A DNA stretch of 61,461 nt, filler included, from Sphacelaria rigidula (Eukaryota), in NCBI GenBank assembly GCA_964200075.2. It is 11 parts of 11 records of this genome, joined end to end, with 100 filler letters (N's around TTAATTAATTAA, not from the genome) between each part and the next. Parts side by side here need not be neighbours in the genome. Positions count along the whole stretch, not along the records: positions 55,966 to 61,461 come from CAXNAA020026855.1; 10 more parts are not named here. One strand, 5' to 3'. The number at the start of each line of letters is the position of its first letter. The stretch's first letter is position 1. Position numbers and translations under genes: made by a program. Positions 58,294-61,461 of the stretch are shown piece by piece. Below the pieces are notes generated by a model, which did not search any database, had not been told where the DNA came from, and saw only the letters and a program-made list of their open reading frames with translations.

Positions 58294-60251
58294 TAGGGCA
58301 ATCGCCAAAAACCGGTATACCGACGGTATTTTCGCCAACATCCGGTATAGCTCACCCCCCCCCTCAGGAAAGCTACTAATGCAGCCGCCTGATTGGCCAC
58401 ATCCCGCCGCATGCGCATTCTGGCGAAAAAACACACGGTATCCCTGTTTGGGGAAACTCAATTTGGCTTTCACCGGTTTTTGGCGATCGAGACGGGTCTC
58501 ACCGGTTTTTGGCGATCGAGACGGTAATGCTCAAGTTCCCGGCCAGCCCCAAAACACACACGGTACCATAATCTATGTTACGTTTCGACGGCTGGGTTGG
58601 AGATAATAATATCCGGAGTTTCGTTTCGTCTATCCGATCACCCGCCGTCCTGGAGCTTTGCCCGTCAATCCGACAACAAGCACGCTTTGTCAATCCGTCA
58701 ACGAACACGCCTTGTCGACGACCGACAAAGCACGTGGTAATCCACGGGTTTGGAGAGAACCTTCAGTTGAAAGCACACGACGCCCTGACCAAACAAACCG
58801 TCACCCTCGCAGGAACATGCAGAGTACAACATATCACCGCCCACTCGAATCCAACATCAAATGCTCCGACCTAGGGGGACTCTCCCGTTATCTCAGCGTC
58901 GCTTTTTATTCACAGCAGGGACTTGTCTGTAGCCTGTTGTTGCACGTACCGGCATACATACACCCACGAGATCATCCCCCAAGAAAGGGGGCCACGACTA
59001 CACGGCAGCTATTTGAATCCAAGAGCTTGCTGCCGCTGCCTGCATGTGCACGGCGCTTCGGCACGTCTCCGTACCTTGTCTGTCTGCACACTGTTTGACC
59101 TTAGTTGCAAAGTGTAAGGTGGGCAATTAGGGCGTGTCTTCAAACTTTTCTTATCGATCGAAAAGATGGGGAAGTGGAATCAATCTCTGAGCGAAAAATT
59201 CTCGTTTTGATGAAGTTGGGTCCGGATGGATTGTCATGCTTTCCATCGAATAAAGGCAATGTAATTCGTGAGACGGTATATGGTCACTCATCTACAGTAC
59301 AGTACAGACAGTCTGCTCTGTCGGCACTGCTTGCAAGCAGGGTGCCTTGACTGCGTGTTTCGTGCAGGAGGATATAGAGGAGAAGCGGGCAACGTGCAGT
59401 ACAGACAGCCCTGAACTATCAGCTCTCTCTGCTTAAAATGCAACGTCAATAGGACTTGAGCAACGTGCAGCTTTGTGCTGCCTGCACTGTACATGAGCGT
59501 GCACGCAACTCGGTTGCCCACCGTACCACGCAGTTCCGTCGCTGATGCCCACCATGAGAGAAGATGCGCAAGTTTCTGCCAACATAAAATGAACAAAGCA
59601 TACCAACTACTGTAGTGTATCTATCCCTGTGCTCAACTCGTGCTCTGTGCTGCAGGGTTGCGGTAGTAGCTGAGAATGAGTTGGATGGAGTTTGCATCGT
59701 CCTGCAAAGACGTATTATTCGGCGTGTTGGTTTCGGTCGTGGGTTCGTGGACTCGTGACAGCCAGCCAGGAGTACACAAGGCGCCGTGTGCTTTCAACTG
59801 AAGGTTCTCTCCAAACCCGTGGATTACCACGTGCTATGTCGGTCGTCGACAATGCGTGTTCGTTGACGGATTGACAAAGCGTGCTTGTTGTCGGATTGAC
59901 GGGCAAAGCTCCAGGACGGCGGGTGATCGGATAGACGAAACGAAACTCCGGATATTATGATCTCCAACGGCCAGCCGTCGAAACGTAACATAGAATATGG
60001 TGACGTGTGTGTTTTGGGGCTGGCCGGGAACTTGAGCATTACCGTCTCGATCGCCAAAAACCGGTGAGACGGTGAAAGCCACATTGAGTTTCCCAAAACA
60101 GGTATACCGTGTGTGTTTTCGCCAGAATGCGCACGCGGCGGGATGTGGCCAATCAGGCGGCTGCATTAGTAGCTTTTCTGAGGGGGGGTGTGAGCTATAC
60201 CGGATGTTGGCGAAAATACCGTCGGTATACCGGTTTTTGGCGATTGCCCTA
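58294..60251. mobile_element. 1.96-kb non-autonomous element with ~480-bp terminal inverted repeats
   Basis: 58294-58787 is a close reverse complement of 59777-60251; ends TAGGGCAATCG...CGATTGCCCTA; no transposase ORF in the ~1-kb core. Confidence 0.9.
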
Positions 60252-60645
60252 ATAATATCCTACACTCATCCACTCCCCCGCGCATTCGCTGACCGTAGAT
60301 GTGGAAGGTCCCCAAGACTCACAGTTGGGGTGCAACGTCTGAAGCACTTTTGAGACGCCGGCCGGGGCAGACCGGACGTGAGATACGGCACCGCAATCGG
60401 CCTCGACCCCGGTATCCCTCGTGCACTATTGCCGTGCGAAATAGAGGTGCTGAAGACCCAGCATATCTGACTGCTTTCCTCTTGTTCCCGCTGAGGATTG
60501 AGATATTTAAACTAAATTGAGGATGCCTGCGTTCCGGAATATCATCATTTCACACGAACCCTTGCCTTTTGCAATCTGAAAACAAATGAGACTGCACGAC
60601 TGATACGTTGCGTCAATCTATCATTTCCCTGTCTATTTCGGGCAG

Positions 60646-61461
60646 GTAATGAAGTGTCTGCACCACTGTCGCCTCCATCCCGACCGACACATGCCACATC
60701 CGCGGTTGAAAGTAAATCTCCCCTGACGCACTCTGAATGTGCAGCACCGGTGGAAAATGTGAGGGATATCGCCGAGGGTCACACCGGTGAACGAGTCAAA
60801 CCGCAAAAGTGGCTGAGCCCCCGTTCCTACGAAAATATACGGCGACTGTGCTGTTCAGTGCGCCGGAGGCGTCCTTCGCGTCCAGTGATGGCGCATCTGT
60901 AGAAAATCAGGGGTTGGAGGGGTGCAATGATCATCCGAGTGCAGAAGGTAGTAACTTCAAATTTCGATCAGCCGGGGAAGGCGCGACTCGTAAGTCTCCA
61001 TCACCTCGGCCTTAGAAAACAATGTACGGGAGGTGTTACCACGGAACCCGCCGACAGTACCTCTGAAGGAAGTGGGTAACACCCCCCGTAAAATCGGGAG
61101 AGCTGCCGGTGGTAGAGTCCTGGAGGTACAAAATTCAACTCCATCGGCCAAGGCCAAGAAAAGACGTACACCGCCCAACTTCGGCAGGGGCACACCACCA
61201 CATGCTGACGTACGTGCATCGAGGCGGAAGAGAACCGCGACGAATAAGCCGGAGGTTGACAGCGTATGGGGAGCGTGGCATGAGCAACAGCAGGCGGCGT
61301 TGTAGTACAGTACCGGGCGAAGGAGGGGGCGCGACACCGGCGGCGATTATGGCATACGCGGCGGGACGCGCCGATGCTCTTGGACGCACAGAGGGGGGTG
61401 GGGCCCAGCAGTGGGATGCGACAGTGGTGATGGGCGAGCTGCCGGGGGGGGCGGTGGACAC
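60646..61461 (+). pseudogene. Degraded low-complexity coding region (frameshifts and stops)
   Basis: gggcag acceptor, then S/P/R/K-rich coding-like sequence passing through three frames (ORFs 60654, 60809, 61033). Confidence 0.45.

Overview
This window is not one locus. It is 11 unrelated contigs of 5,496-5,497 bp (apparently length-sorted) joined by ten artificial 100-bp linkers (N44-TTAATTAATTAA-N44). The DNA is eukaryotic, with short GT-AG exons, kb-scale repeat-filled introns, microsatellites and TTAGGG tracts. The gene structure and repeat style suggest a brown alga or other stramenopile (inference). Phase-consistent exon chains support partial genes for a GT14 (Core-2/I-branching/xylosyltransferase-like) glycosyltransferase, a syntaxin (Qa-SNARE), an Rpp14-type RNase P/MRP subunit, a multi-pass membrane protein, a beta-propeller (SBBP-like) repeat protein, a large Ser/Gly/Ala/Pro-rich disordered protein, RPL9 head-to-head with a probable SART1/Snu66 gene, and alanyl-tRNA synthetase. 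Two possible pseudogenes are also present. Most of the remainder is non-autonomous mobile DNA. I see no CRISPR array, viral gene, transposase or multi-gene novel system. The best leads are in the repeats and splicing: (i) a TGT...ACA inverted-repeat element with a perfect 5-bp TSD carrying internal telomeric (CCCTAA)n; (ii) foldback families whose inverted motif pairs keep almost fixed spacing; (iii) a complete tRNA-derived SINE plus several retroposon tails sharing a GTGACC(A/C)CGG motif; (iv) a 97-bp array built from CCCTCTGGAGGG palindromes; (v) a possible alternative C-terminus for the syntaxin; (vi) an exon bracketed by intronic inverted repeats. All calls were made by eye, without database searches.
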